64,000 nt of DNA from Candidatus Acidiferrales bacterium (GTDB taxonomy: Bacteria; Acidobacteriota; Terriglobia; Acidiferrales; 2-02-FULL-67-57). The stretch spans positions 79,101 through 143,100 of the forward strand of contig CBDFHE010000016.1 of assembly GCA_965247455.1 (NCBI GenBank), in the 5' to 3' direction. The translations under genes were made by a program, and so were the position numbers. Each line of letters starts with the position of its first letter. Positions within the stretch are counted from its first letter, which is position 1. The notes under the pieces are model-generated. The model was not told the DNA's origin. It searched no databases and saw only the letters and a program-made list of their open reading frames with translations. Below, one piece after another: positions 18,497 through 27,456 of the stretch.

Positions 18497-19246
18497 ATGG
18501 ACTTGCGGCGTGACATTCGCTGGATAGGACTTTTGACGTTGTTGGCACTGGTATTGTTGGCCGGGGGTTGCGCCAAGAAGGCGCCCTTGCCGCCGCCACC
18601 CACTCCATTACCGCCGCCGGCTCCGGCCGCTCCCACGGCCACGCTGCGAGCGATGCCGAGCGTGATCGAGAAAGGACAGTCCACCAACTTGTCGTGGAAT
18701 TCGACCAACGCTACCGACCTGCGCTTGGAACCCGGACTGGGTTCGGTGGGCCCGCAGGGATCGAGCAGCGTTTCACCCGACCGCTCCACCACCTACACGC
18801 TGGTGGCCACCGGTCCGGGCGGCCGCGCCGAAGCCACCGCTCGCATCACGGTCAACATACCACCGCCGCCACCGCCACCGGTAACACGCCCCTCGGCCGA
18901 GGAGGCCTTCGCGCAAAGGGTCCGCGATGCCTTCTTTGACTTTGACAAGGCTGACGTACGCCCCGATGCGCGCGTGGCGCTGACGCAGTCGGCTGAGTTC
19001 CTGCGCGAGTACCCCGAGGCGCGGGTGTTGCTGGAGGGACACTGCGACGAGCGCGGCACCACCGAATACAACCTAGGGCTGGGCGACCGCCGGGCCAACT
19101 CGGCCAAGGAATTTTTGGTCTCGCTCGGGGTTGGCCCCGACCGCATCGAGACCATCAGCTACGGCAAGGAGCGCCCGTTCTGCTCTGAGTCGAACGAAGA
19201 GTGCTGGCAGTTGAACCGGCGCTCGCATTTCGTTCTCTTGCGTTGA
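18497..19246 (+). CDS. pal: Peptidoglycan-associated lipoprotein Pal with an extra Ig/PKD-like insert
   Basis: Lipobox LAGGC, FFDFDK, EGHCDERGTTEYNLGLGDRRA, ISYGKERP and NRR. Confidence 0.92.
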   Translation: MDLRRDIRWIGLLTLLALVLLAGGCAKKAPLPPPPTPLPPPAPAAPTATLRAMPSVIEKGQSTNLSWNSTNATDLRLEPGLGSVGPQGSSSVSPDRSTTYTLVATGPGGRAEATARITVNIPPPPPPPVTRPSAEEAFAQRVRDAFFDFDKADVRPDARVALTQSAEFLREYPEARVLLEGHCDERGTTEYNLGLGDRRANSAKEFLVSLGVGPDRIETISYGKERPFCSESNEECWQLNRRSHFVLLR

Positions 19247-19286
19247 GGGGTGTCGCGGGAGTCGGGTCGGCAAGGAGGGATGACCC

Positions 19287-20186
19287 GTGAAGAAAGTTTT
19301 GTTTCTGGCTGCCGTGGCGGCTTTGGTGGGCGTGCTGCTGTGGCCGTCACCGGCCGTCGCGCAAAAGCAGAGAGACATCCTCATCCAAGTGCAGCGCGAT
19401 GTAACCACGCTGCAACAACAACTCCGCGACCTGCAACAGAGCGTTGACCGCAACAACGCCGTCCTCAAGACTTTGATCGAGCAGGCCGTGGACGCCGTCA
19501 ACCACATGGGCACCGTCATCGACGGGTTGGAACAGTCGGTCCAGCAGGCACAGGCCCGTACCAACACGCGCGTGAATTCCCTGGTGGTGCAGGTGCAGTC
19601 GCTGCGGGATACGGTGGACGAGGTGGGCGCGCGCCTGGGCCGCATCTCCCAGCAACTGGCGGAAACGCAGGGGGTGATGCGGAGTGTGGATGCGCGACTG
19701 GCTACTACTCCCCCGCCCGCTCCGGTGGAAGGCTCGGAAGGAGAGCCGGGCGCAGCGGCCGCCCCGCCCACAGGGACACCCGCGCAAACCAGAGTTCCCT
19801 CGGCCCAGTCGCTTTATGACACCGCCTTGCGCGACTTCATTGCCGGCAACTACGACCTCTCGCAGCAACAGTTCAACGACTACCTGCGCTACTACGGACG
19901 GACCGAGTTGGCCGGCAACGCCCAGTTCTATCTGGGCGAGGTCCAGTACCGCCAGCACAACTACCAGTCCGCCATCGAGAACTACAACCGAGTGCTCACG
20001 CAGTATTCCAACAGCAACAAGATTCCGGCGGCGCTGCTGAAGAAAGGCTACGCGCTGCTGGAGTTGAAGCAGCAGGCTGAGGGTGTGCGGGTTCTGCGCC
20101 GGTTGCTGGAAAAGTATCCACGCTCCGACCAGGCGCCCATGGCGCGCGCGCGGCTGCGGCGGCTGGGAGCGATCGCTTCGCGCTGA
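19287..20186 (+). CDS. cpoB: CpoB/YbgF (coiled coil + TPR)
   Basis: Signal peptide, coiled coil, TPRs (AGNAQFYLGE, KIPAALLKKG); directly after pal. Confidence 0.88.
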   Translation: MKKVLFLAAVAALVGVLLWPSPAVAQKQRDILIQVQRDVTTLQQQLRDLQQSVDRNNAVLKTLIEQAVDAVNHMGTVIDGLEQSVQQAQARTNTRVNSLVVQVQSLRDTVDEVGARLGRISQQLAETQGVMRSVDARLATTPPPAPVEGSEGEPGAAAAPPTGTPAQTRVPSAQSLYDTALRDFIAGNYDLSQQQFNDYLRYYGRTELAGNAQFYLGEVQYRQHNYQSAIENYNRVLTQYSNSNKIPAALLKKGYALLELKQQAEGVRVLRRLLEKYPRSDQAPMARARLRRLGAIASR

Positions 20187-20249
20187 AACCAGAGGCGCCA
20201 GCGGCCATTTACACGGTGAGGGGTTCACTGCGAGTGGAGGGGCTACTGC

Positions 20250-20666
20250 ATGGTCAATAAGGCCATCCTGATCGGCCGGCTGGGCCGCGACCCGGAAATG
20301 CGCTACACCGGCGGCGGCACACCGGTCTGCAACTTCAGCCTGGCCACCGACGAGAGTTATACCGACAAGGCGGGCCAGCGACAAAAGAAAACGGAGTGGC
20401 ACAACATCGTTGCCTGGGGGAAGCTGGCCGAGCAGTGCACCAACTTGCTCGGCAAGGGCAAGCTGGCCTACGTGGAAGGGCGGCTCCAAACCCGCGAGTG
20501 GAATGACCGCGACGGCAACAAGCGCCGCACCACCGAAATTGTCATCAACCGCATGCGCATCCTCACGCCGCGCGGCGGCCCCGCCCTCGACATGGACGCG
20601 GGCGCCGGCGTCGAGCCCCCGGAAGAAACCGCTCCCCACATCACCGACGACGACGTCCCCTTCTAG
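20250..20666 (+). CDS. ssb: Single-stranded DNA-binding protein
   Basis: [34 protein letters not shown] and C-terminal DDDVPF. Confidence 0.96.
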   Translation: MVNKAILIGRLGRDPEMRYTGGGTPVCNFSLATDESYTDKAGQRQKKTEWHNIVAWGKLAEQCTNLLGKGKLAYVEGRLQTREWNDRDGNKRRTTEIVINRMRILTPRGGPALDMDAGAGVEPPEETAPHITDDDVPF

Positions 20667-20696
20667 GCTGGAGAAAGCGCCAGGAAAACCTCGGGG

Positions 20697-20717
20697 GCCT
20701 GTCTGCCGCAGGCAGGC
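20697..20717. repeat. Micro-element copy inserted into a GGGC-TAAA-GCCC hairpin
   Basis: GC + CTGTCTGCCGCAGGCAG + GC; removing it restores GGGGGCTAAAGCCC. Confidence 0.75.
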
Positions 20718-20801
20718 TAAAGCCCTGTTGTTCTTGCCGGGCGGATTGGCTGGTACGGCTCTTGACGCGAACCAGCTTCGCCAAGATCAGTGTCAACTGG
20801 A

Positions 20802-20883
20802 GGTTCAGCCCAGCGGCTTCCGCCGCTGGGTCCCACGGGCCGAAGCCTGCCTGCGGCAAGCAGGCCCGTGGGCTGAACATCGG
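20802..20883. repeat. 63-bp double-hairpin repeat (family R4) carrying a 19-bp micro-element insertion
   Basis: 62/63 identical to the reverse complement of 33807-33869 once 20847-20865 is removed. Confidence 0.9.
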
Positions 20884-20920
20884 CCCAGGATGGGCTACTA
20901 CTCAAAGGCTGTGGGTTTCC

Positions 20921-22144
20921 CTACTCGTAGCGGAGGGCTTCGATGGGGTCGAGGCGCGCGGCCTTGTGAGCGGGATAGTAGCCGAAGAAGATTCCTATGG
21001 TGGCTGAGAACAGCACCGCCACCACCACGGCTCGCGTGGAGATCAGCACTGGCCAGCCCAGAAAGCCTGAAATCAGGCCGGAGGCGCCCGCGCCCAGCAT
21101 GATGCCCAGCGTACCTCCCAACAGCGCCAACGTCACGGCTTCCACCAGGAACTGTCGGCGGATGTCCATTTCGGTGGCGCCGACCGCCATGCGGACGCCG
21201 ATCTCGCGCGTGCGCTCGGTCACCGACACCAGCATGATGTTCATGATGCCGATGCCGCCTACCAGCAAGGAAATCGAGGCGATGCTGCCCAGCAGCATGG
21301 TCATCACCTGGCTGGTCTGCTCGGCTAGCTCGGCGAACTCAAACTGGGTGCGCACCTGGAAATCGTCTTCGGCGCCGGGCCCAATGCGGTGCCGCTCGCG
21401 CAACACCGCTTCGATCTGGGCCTGCGCCGCCAGCGAGGCTTCCCGGCTGACCGCGGTGCAGGAGAGAAACTGCACCCAGTCCTGCCCGGAGATTTTCTTT
21501 TGCAAGGTGGTGTAGGGCATGAAGACGCGGTCGTCCTGATCGTTGCCCCAAGAGGTCTGTCCCTTGGGCGCCATCACTCCAATGACTTGAAAGGGCTGTT
21601 CCTTGATGCGGATGGTCTGGCCGAGTGGGTCCTCGTCGGGGAACAAGATGTTGGCCACGGTCGTGCCCAGCACCGCCACGTTCTGGGCCGAGCGCACCTC
21701 CTCGTCGCCGAACGGGGTGCCGGCCAGCAAAGGCCAGTCGCGCACAGTGAAATAGTTCTCGGTGGTTCCCATCAGGCGGGTGAACCAGTTCTGGTTGCGG
21801 AAGATGACTTGGCCGCTGCTATTGGTTCCGGGGGCGCATTTGGTGATCAGCGGGACTTCCCGCTCGATGGCCCTCATGTCGGCGATCTTTAGAGTCTTGA
21901 CCGAGCCGAAGCCGTGCCGAACGCCTCTCCGGCGCCGCGAGGGGCTGCCGGCGGAGACGAAGACGGTGTTGGTGCCGAAGCTCTTGATCTGCTCCTGCAC
22001 CTGATTTTCCGCGCCCTGCCCCACCGCCACCATGGCGATCACAGCCGAGACACCGATGACGATGCCCAGCATGGTCAGCGTGGAGCGCATCTTGTTGCGG
22101 GCCAGCGCCCGCAAAGCAATACGAAACACCATCCCTAAGTCCAT
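20921..22144 (-). CDS. MacB-type ABC transporter permease (FtsX domain)
   Basis: NKMRSTLTMLGIVIGV, VGGIGIMNIMLVSVTERTREIGVRMAVGA and PIEALRYE. Confidence 0.92.
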   Translation of the reverse strand: MDLGMVFRIALRALARNKMRSTLTMLGIVIGVSAVIAMVAVGQGAENQVQEQIKSFGTNTVFVSAGSPSRRRRGVRHGFGSVKTLKIADMRAIEREVPLITKCAPGTNSSGQVIFRNQNWFTRLMGTTENYFTVRDWPLLAGTPFGDEEVRSAQNVAVLGTTVANILFPDEDPLGQTIRIKEQPFQVIGVMAPKGQTSWGNDQDDRVFMPYTTLQKKISGQDWVQFLSCTAVSREASLAAQAQIEAVLRERHRIGPGAEDDFQVRTQFEFAELAEQTSQVMTMLLGSIASISLLVGGIGIMNIMLVSVTERTREIGVRMAVGATEMDIRRQFLVEAVTLALLGGTLGIMLGAGASGLISGFLGWPVLISTRAVVVAVLFSATIGIFFGYYPAHKAARLDPIEALRYE

Positions 22145-22150
22145 GGCTGG

Positions 22151-22924
22151 CTACTCCCTCGCCTCGGCGACTTCTACTTCGGCCGCTTCGGTCATGATTT
22201 GATGGACAGCTTCCAGAGCCTGGTGGCGGTCGCGCACCGGGTAGTCGTGCAGGATGAGGCCGTCACGCATGAACACAATCCGCCGGGCATAGGCTGCGAT
22301 GTTGGGTTCGTGCGTCACCAGCACCACCAGCAACTCCCGCTCGCGGTTGAGCCGCTCCAGCAGGTTCATAATCTCCACGCTGGTGCGGCTGTCGAGGTTG
22401 CCGGTGGGCTCATCGGCCAGCAGGATGGACGGGTTGTTGATGAGGGCGCGCGCGATGGCCACCCGCTGCTGCTGCCCGCCGGAGAGTTGGCTGGGCTGGT
22501 GATGTTCGCGCCCATCCAGCCCCACCAAGCGCAGCACCGCCTGCGCCCGCTGGTGGCGTTCTTCGGCCGGCAGAGCGGCGTAGAGTGTGGGCAGCTCAAC
22601 GTTTTCCAGCGCCGAAGTGCGGGCCAGCAGGTTGAACTGCTGAAAGACAAATCCGATTTTGCGGTTGCGGATGTGGGCGCGCTCCACCGAGGAAAGAGCA
22701 GCCACGTCGCGGCCTTCCAGCAGATAGCGGCCGGCAGTGGGGTGGTCAAGGCAGCCCAGCAAATTCATCAGGGTGGATTTGCCAGAGCCCGAGGCGCCCA
22801 TGATGGCGATCATCTCGCCGGGTTGGACGCTGAACGAGACTCCTTGCAGAGCGGGAATCTCCACCTCGCCCATGTGGTACACCTTGTGGACTTCTTCCAG
22901 TTGGATGACGGGGCCGTTCTGCAC
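22151..22924 (-). CDS. ABC transporter ATP-binding protein (MacB/LolD-like)
   Basis: [24 protein letters not shown] and [15 protein letters not shown] start at 22924 follows GGGAAGGG. Confidence 0.92.
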   Translation of the reverse strand: MQNGPVIQLEEVHKVYHMGEVEIPALQGVSFSVQPGEMIAIMGASGSGKSTLMNLLGCLDHPTAGRYLLEGRDVAALSSVERAHIRNRKIGFVFQQFNLLARTSALENVELPTLYAALPAEERHQRAQAVLRLVGLDGREHHQPSQLSGGQQQRVAIARALINNPSILLADEPTGNLDSRTSVEIMNLLERLNRERELLVVLVTHEPNIAAYARRIVFMRDGLILHDYPVRDRHQALEAVHQIMTEAAEVEVAEARE

Positions 22925-22938
22925 GGGGTTTCCCTTCC

Positions 22939-24477
22939 CTAGAAGCGTCGCATCGAGCGCCGCAGCCGGCGCGCTGATTCTTGTTTCCGGTCTAAGGTTT
23001 GTCCGATCACTAGCGGGTCGTCCGGTTTCAACTCCCCCTCCAGCATGGCGGTGAAGGTGAAATCGGTCAGGCCGGTCTTGATGCGAACCGGTTGCAGGGT
23101 ATTGTCCGGGTTGAGCTTCCAAACGATTTGCCACGCACCCTCCGCGCCCGGCCCTTGCTTGGGCGGTTCCTGGAATCCACTTCCGCCCCCGTGGCCGTGT
23201 TGCTGCTGGCGCCGCGCCATGGATGGGGCCCGCCTCCGCGCGCGTTCGTCGCCCCGGGGACGTTGCCGTTGGCCGGAGGCGTCCGCTTGGTCGGATTCGT
23301 CTTCTTTTTCCTGAGCCTGGACAGTTCCCTTCTCTTCCTTGCCGCCACGTTTACCCGGAGGGCCCGCCAAGCCGTACTTCTGCAGCAGGGCCAGACGCTC
23401 CCGCTCCGTGATTTCCGGCTTGTAGCGCAGAGCGCCGTTGGGAATCTTGACGACGTCGCTGGCGTGCGCCACTGGAATGGTGACGTAGGCGGTCATGCCG
23501 GGCAGCAGCTTCATGCCGGGATTCTCAAACTCGATAATGGTGTCGTAGGTGACGACGTTTTGGATTTCGGTGGCGTTCATGCGCACTTGCTTGACCCGCC
23601 CGCGGAAGGTGTCGCGGGGGAAGGAGTCCACCTTGAAGGTGGCCAGCGCGCCCACACGAATCTTGCCCACGTCGGACTCGTCGGTCTTGGCATAGACCAG
23701 CATTTGGGTGAGGTCCTGCGCGATGGTGAACAAGGTGGGCGCTTGCAGGCTGGCCGCGACGGTCTGGCCCACGTCCACGTTGCGTGCGATCACGGTGCCG
23801 TTGATGGGGGCGCGGATGGTGGCGCGTTGCAGGTCGAATCGGGTCTGCTCCAGTTGAGCCCGGCGCTGCGTCACCTGCGCCCGCTGCTGCTCAATGCGCG
23901 CGTGGGTCTGGTTGACCTGCGCTTCGGCTGCCCGCAAATTGGCCACCGCCGTTTCCTGGGCCACCTGCACACTGTCGCGCTGCTCGACCGAGGCGATCCC
24001 TTGCTCGAACAACTCCAGCATGCGGCGAAGCTTCAGTTCGCTTTCGCGCAGGGCGGCCCGGTTTTTTTCCACGTTGGCTTGGGCGACCTGCAAATCCGCT
24101 TTCTGGCTTTTGACTCCGGCCAAGGCGCTGGCCAGGTCAGCTTGGGCCTGCACCACGCGGGCGCGGAAGGGAGCGGGGTCAATCTGTGCGACGATTTGGC
24201 CTTTCTTGACTTCGGAGTTGAAGTCGGCGTGGAGGGCCTCGATCATGCCGCTGACCTGCGAACCTACTTCGACCGTAGTGACCGCGTCGATGGTTCCGGT
24301 GGCGTTGACCACCGTCAGGATCTCCCCTTGTTCCACGGGGGCGGTGAAATACTGCACACCATCGCTGCGGCCCAGCCGGAAGGCGGTGAACACCAGCACG
24401 GCTGCCAGGGCCAGGCTTACCAGCGTCGCCGACCGGCGGTGATTGCGAAACAGCGACTTCACAGAAGCCAGATTCAT
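22939..24477 (-). CDS. MacA/HlyD-type periplasmic adaptor subunit
   Basis: VEVGSQVSG, IRAPINGTVIARNVDVGQTVAASLQAPTLF and DESDVGKI. Confidence 0.9.
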   Translation of the reverse strand: MNLASVKSLFRNHRRSATLVSLALAAVLVFTAFRLGRSDGVQYFTAPVEQGEILTVVNATGTIDAVTTVEVGSQVSGMIEALHADFNSEVKKGQIVAQIDPAPFRARVVQAQADLASALAGVKSQKADLQVAQANVEKNRAALRESELKLRRMLELFEQGIASVEQRDSVQVAQETAVANLRAAEAQVNQTHARIEQQRAQVTQRRAQLEQTRFDLQRATIRAPINGTVIARNVDVGQTVAASLQAPTLFTIAQDLTQMLVYAKTDESDVGKIRVGALATFKVDSFPRDTFRGRVKQVRMNATEIQNVVTYDTIIEFENPGMKLLPGMTAYVTIPVAHASDVVKIPNGALRYKPEITERERLALLQKYGLAGPPGKRGGKEEKGTVQAQEKEDESDQADASGQRQRPRGDERARRRAPSMARRQQQHGHGGGSGFQEPPKQGPGAEGAWQIVWKLNPDNTLQPVRIKTGLTDFTFTAMLEGELKPDDPLVIGQTLDRKQESARRLRRSMRRF

Positions 24478-24526
24478 CTTCCCCCCTACCTTTCCGTTTG
24501 AGTTTCAGGCGCGAGCATTCTTGCCA

Positions 24527-24928
24527 TCAGTTCTTTTTTCTTTTTTCCCGCCGGTGGCGGTGCTTTTCATCAATGTGCCGCACAAGTTCTTCGAACTTGG
24601 GGCGCTGCTCTTCGGTCAGGAGTGCGCGGATTTTCTCCCGGCCCGCCTGTCGGACTTTCTCATACTCGGGGCGTACCCGTTCCCGGATGGTTCGGTAGCC
24701 GGTGCCGGTTTCGTCCAGGATGACCTCCAGTTCTTTCTGTTGCTCGGGGGTAAGGCCGAGCTCTCGGGTCAGCCACTCAACCCGACTGTGTCTGGCCTTC
24801 CGGGTTCGGTTAGAGGCTGCTTTGACCCAGCCGGACGTATGGGCCCAGTAGGTTGCTAGACTTCCGAGCACGCCCCCCAGCAGGAAAACCAGCACAAGAT
24901 AGACGACGGCGCGGCGGCTGCTTGTCAT
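24527..24928 (-). CDS. Membrane-anchored Spy/CpxP/ZraP-like helical protein
   Basis: N-terminal TM (VYLVLVFLLGGVLG) and two LTxEQ motifs (LGLTPEQQ, LLTEEQR). Confidence 0.65.
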   Translation of the reverse strand: MTSSRRAVVYLVLVFLLGGVLGSLATYWAHTSGWVKAASNRTRKARHSRVEWLTRELGLTPEQQKELEVILDETGTGYRTIRERVRPEYEKVRQAGREKIRALLTEEQRPKFEELVRHIDEKHRHRREKRKKN

Positions 24929-25386
24929 CTGGATGCCTCCGAATAAGAAACCAGCGTGAGGACTACTTGGTCGCGGTTGGGTTCGCCATTGCCCGGGCTG
25001 TCTGCCCCGGCCACTTCTTCCCAATAGGGCTGGGGCTCGCCGACTACCACAGTGGCAGGTTCGGCACTCTGCGGCAGGACCCACACGGTCAGCAACAACA
25101 GCAGCAACGCCAAGCTCAGCGCAGCCGTGGCTGGCCGCGCCACCGCCGCCAGCGCGGCCCAGAAGTCAGCTTGCGTCTCGCTCTCCCGCAACCACAGCCG
25201 GGGCCAGAAGGAGGGAGAAAGTTCCGGCGGTTCCTGCTCCAGCAAGGCCAGCCAGGCAGAAGTTTTCTGGAACGCCTGGGCTTGCTCCCGGCAGCGGGGA
25301 CACTCGGCCAGGTGGCGCTCCAGCTCCGGCGGGGCGCTGCCGCTGAGCCAATCTTCCCAGAGTCTTTCGGTCTTACCACATTTCAT
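24925..25386 (-). CDS. Zinc-binding (ZAS) transmembrane anti-sigma factor
   Basis: HLAECPRC (HxxxCxxC) and one TM helix; directly downstream of the ECF sigma gene. Confidence 0.8.
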   Translation of the reverse strand: MKCGKTERLWEDWLSGSAPPELERHLAECPRCREQAQAFQKTSAWLALLEQEPPELSPSFWPRLWLRESETQADFWAALAAVARPATAALSLALLLLLLTVWVLPQSAEPATVVVGEPQPYWEEVAGADSPGNGEPNRDQVVLTLVSYSEASR

Positions 25387-25390
25387 TTCA

Positions 25391-26074
25391 CTATGCTCCT
25401 CTCCCCCCCGCTCTCTTCCTCAGCCGGCGGTGAATCTCCAGCAGGCGCTTGCGCGCGCGAAACAACCGCACCTTCACGGTGTTCTCCTTGAGCTTGAGCA
25501 GGTCGGCGATTTCTCGCGTCGAAAAACCTTCCATCTCTTTCAGCGTCAGCAGCACGCGGTCCTCGGGCGAGAGGCGCCGCAACAACTGCTCCACTGCCTG
25601 GCGCAGTTCGAGGCGCCGGAGCGGGTCGTCCGGTGGCCGACTTGGGCGCGCTGCCAGCCGGTCCAGCTCAGCCAGCTCGCCCACGGCAATTTCACTCCCG
25701 CCGGGCGACTTCTGCGCGCGCTGCCGCCGCAGGTGGTCGTAACATTCGTTGACCACCACGCGGTAGAGCCAGGTAGAGAAGGCGGCCCGAAAATCAAAAC
25801 GGGGTAGCGCCAGGTAAACCTTAAGAAAAACCTGCTGCGCGACATCTTCCACCTCGGTCGGTCGGGACAGCAAGCGCGCGATCAAGGAGAGCACCCGCCG
25901 CTGGTAGCGCCGCAGCAGGACTTCGAACGCCTGATGATCACCTTGCTGTGCCCGTTCGATCAGTTCCCGTTCGGGTCGCTGCGGCTGCTTGGGCTCTCTC
26001 TCCGCGTGCTCGCCCTCGTCTTCGCTATGTGCCCCGACTTTGCCTCTCGTTCCGTTTGGACGCAAATCCGCCAT
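25391..26074 (-). CDS. ECF sigma-70 factor
   Basis: GDHQAFEVL, EDVAQQVFLKVY, FSTWLYRV, LKEMEGFSTREIA and TVKVRLFRAR. Confidence 0.92.
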   Translation of the reverse strand: MADLRPNGTRGKVGAHSEDEGEHAEREPKQPQRPERELIERAQQGDHQAFEVLLRRYQRRVLSLIARLLSRPTEVEDVAQQVFLKVYLALPRFDFRAAFSTWLYRVVVNECYDHLRRQRAQKSPGGSEIAVGELAELDRLAARPSRPPDDPLRRLELRQAVEQLLRRLSPEDRVLLTLKEMEGFSTREIADLLKLKENTVKVRLFRARKRLLEIHRRLRKRAGGRGA

Positions 26075-26166
26075 GATGGGTTACCAAAATTTTCTCCTGA
26101 TCCCAGCCCCGTTTGGCCCGGCAGCCTGTCCCGCGTTTTTCAGCGGAGCGTCCGCTCTTGCCAGCT

Positions 26167-26224
26167 AAAGTCGGTTTGGAAGAGGTGCCTGTCTGCCCTG
26201 CCTACCGCAGGCAGGCTCTGCACC
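26167..26224 (+). repeat. R5 repeat with a 28-bp compound micro-element insertion
   Basis: Removing 26189-26216 gives 27/30 identity to the reverse complement of 2772-2801. Confidence 0.8.
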
Positions 26225-26227
26225 CGC

Positions 26228-27316
26228 CTAGTGTACTGTCCCGGAAATATATGAGCAAAGTCGTTCGACCTTAGCGAGGATGGATTCGGCCGTGGCGGTC
26301 CAGACGAAAGGACTGGTGTTGGCGTTGTAATGTTCGACGAAGCGCTCGATGTTACGGACGAGAGCCTTGACGCTGGAGAAGGAACCTCGGCGAATGGCCT
26401 TCTGGGTAATGATGCCGAACCAGCGTTCGACTTGGTTGAGCCAGGACGCATAGGTTGGGGTGAAATGAACGTGGTAGCGGGGACGCCGAGCGAGCCAAGC
26501 GCGGACTTTGGGATGTTTGTGAGCAGCGTAGTTATCGACGATGAGATGGACGTCGAGGTTGTGCGGCACACTGCCGTCGATCTGACGCAGGAAAGTGAGG
26601 AACTCCTGATGACGGTGTCGCGGTTTACAGCGGGTGATGACTCTCCCGGTGGCCACATCGAGAGCCGCGAACAGAGTGGTCGTGCCGTGACGTTTGTAAT
26701 CATGGGTGACGCCTTCGACGTAGCCGAGGCCCATGGGGAGAACGGGCTGAGTTCGCTGAAGAGCTTGAACCTGGGTCTTCTCATCGACCGAGAGCACCAC
26801 GGCGTGGTCCGGGGGATTGAGGTAGAGACCGACGATGTCGCGGACTTTCTCGACGAAGAACGGGTCGTTGGAAATCTTGAAATGCCGCTGGCGATGCGGC
26901 TGGACGCCGAACAGATCGAACCACCGCTGGACCGTGCTCTTTGAGACTCCCGTGTGTTCCGCCATGGAACGCACGCTCCAGTGCGAACGATCGGGAGGTT
27001 CGGTTTGCAGGGCCGTGTTGATGACTTCCGCAACACGTTCATCCTCATGCGTGCGGGGGCGTCCGGGACGCAGTTCATCGTGTAGTCCGGGGATTCCATG
27101 TTCACGATAGCGCTTTCGCCACTTGCCCACGGTCGTATTGGTGACACCCAGACGCCGGGCCACGGTAGAGCCGGGAACGCCTTCGGCGCAGGCCAGCACA
27201 ATCTGGGCCCTCAGCACCAGACTATGCGGCAAGGTTCGGGAGCGGGCGAGGCTCCCCAGTTCCGATTCCTCACTCTCACTGAGAGTGAGGGGAGTAACGG
27301 GGCGACCGCGTGGCAT
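26228..27316 (-). CDS. IS630-family transposase
   Basis: HTH, RPGRP, WSVRSMA, VDEKTQVQAL, YKRHGTTTLFAAL, DNYAAHK and PTYASWLNQVERWF. The stop codon is formed by the target TAG. Confidence 0.93.
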   Translation of the reverse strand: MPRGRPVTPLTLSESEESELGSLARSRTLPHSLVLRAQIVLACAEGVPGSTVARRLGVTNTTVGKWRKRYREHGIPGLHDELRPGRPRTHEDERVAEVINTALQTEPPDRSHWSVRSMAEHTGVSKSTVQRWFDLFGVQPHRQRHFKISNDPFFVEKVRDIVGLYLNPPDHAVVLSVDEKTQVQALQRTQPVLPMGLGYVEGVTHDYKRHGTTTLFAALDVATGRVITRCKPRHRHQEFLTFLRQIDGSVPHNLDVHLIVDNYAAHKHPKVRAWLARRPRYHVHFTPTYASWLNQVERWFGIITQKAIRRGSFSSVKALVRNIERFVEHYNANTSPFVWTATAESILAKVERLCSYISGTVH

Positions 27317-27379
27317 GGGCATACCTCCAGAGGCCAAAGGTTGCCCATTAATATATCGCTTATTTCCGGGACAGTACAC
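26231..27379 (-). mobile_element. IS630-family insertion sequence, 1149 bp
   Basis: Perfect 19-bp terminal inverted repeats GTGTACTGTCCCGGAAATA; TA duplication within CTAG at both ends. Confidence 0.93.
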
Positions 27380-27385
27380 TAGGTC

Positions 27386-27451
27386 GCAGACAAGAATGTC
27401 TGCGCTACCAAGTTCACATCAAACCCAGTGGGGCGGACATTCCTGTCCGCC
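27386..27451. repeat. REP-like doublet (family R1)
   Basis: GCAGACAAGAATGTCTGCGCTAC and GTGGGGCGGACATTCCTGTCCGCC. Confidence 0.85.
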
Positions 27452-27456
27452 GGCGG

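Noticed and set aside
22925-23134. N-terminal extension of the ABC ATPase in the ORF track
   Set aside because: Overlaps the adaptor gene; a GTG with an RBS at 22924 gives a normal-length protein.
26059-26085. ECF-type promoter GGTAAC-N17-CGTC on the minus strand
   Set aside because: It would place the transcription start inside the sigma ORF, and no later ATG or GTG start is available; unresolved.
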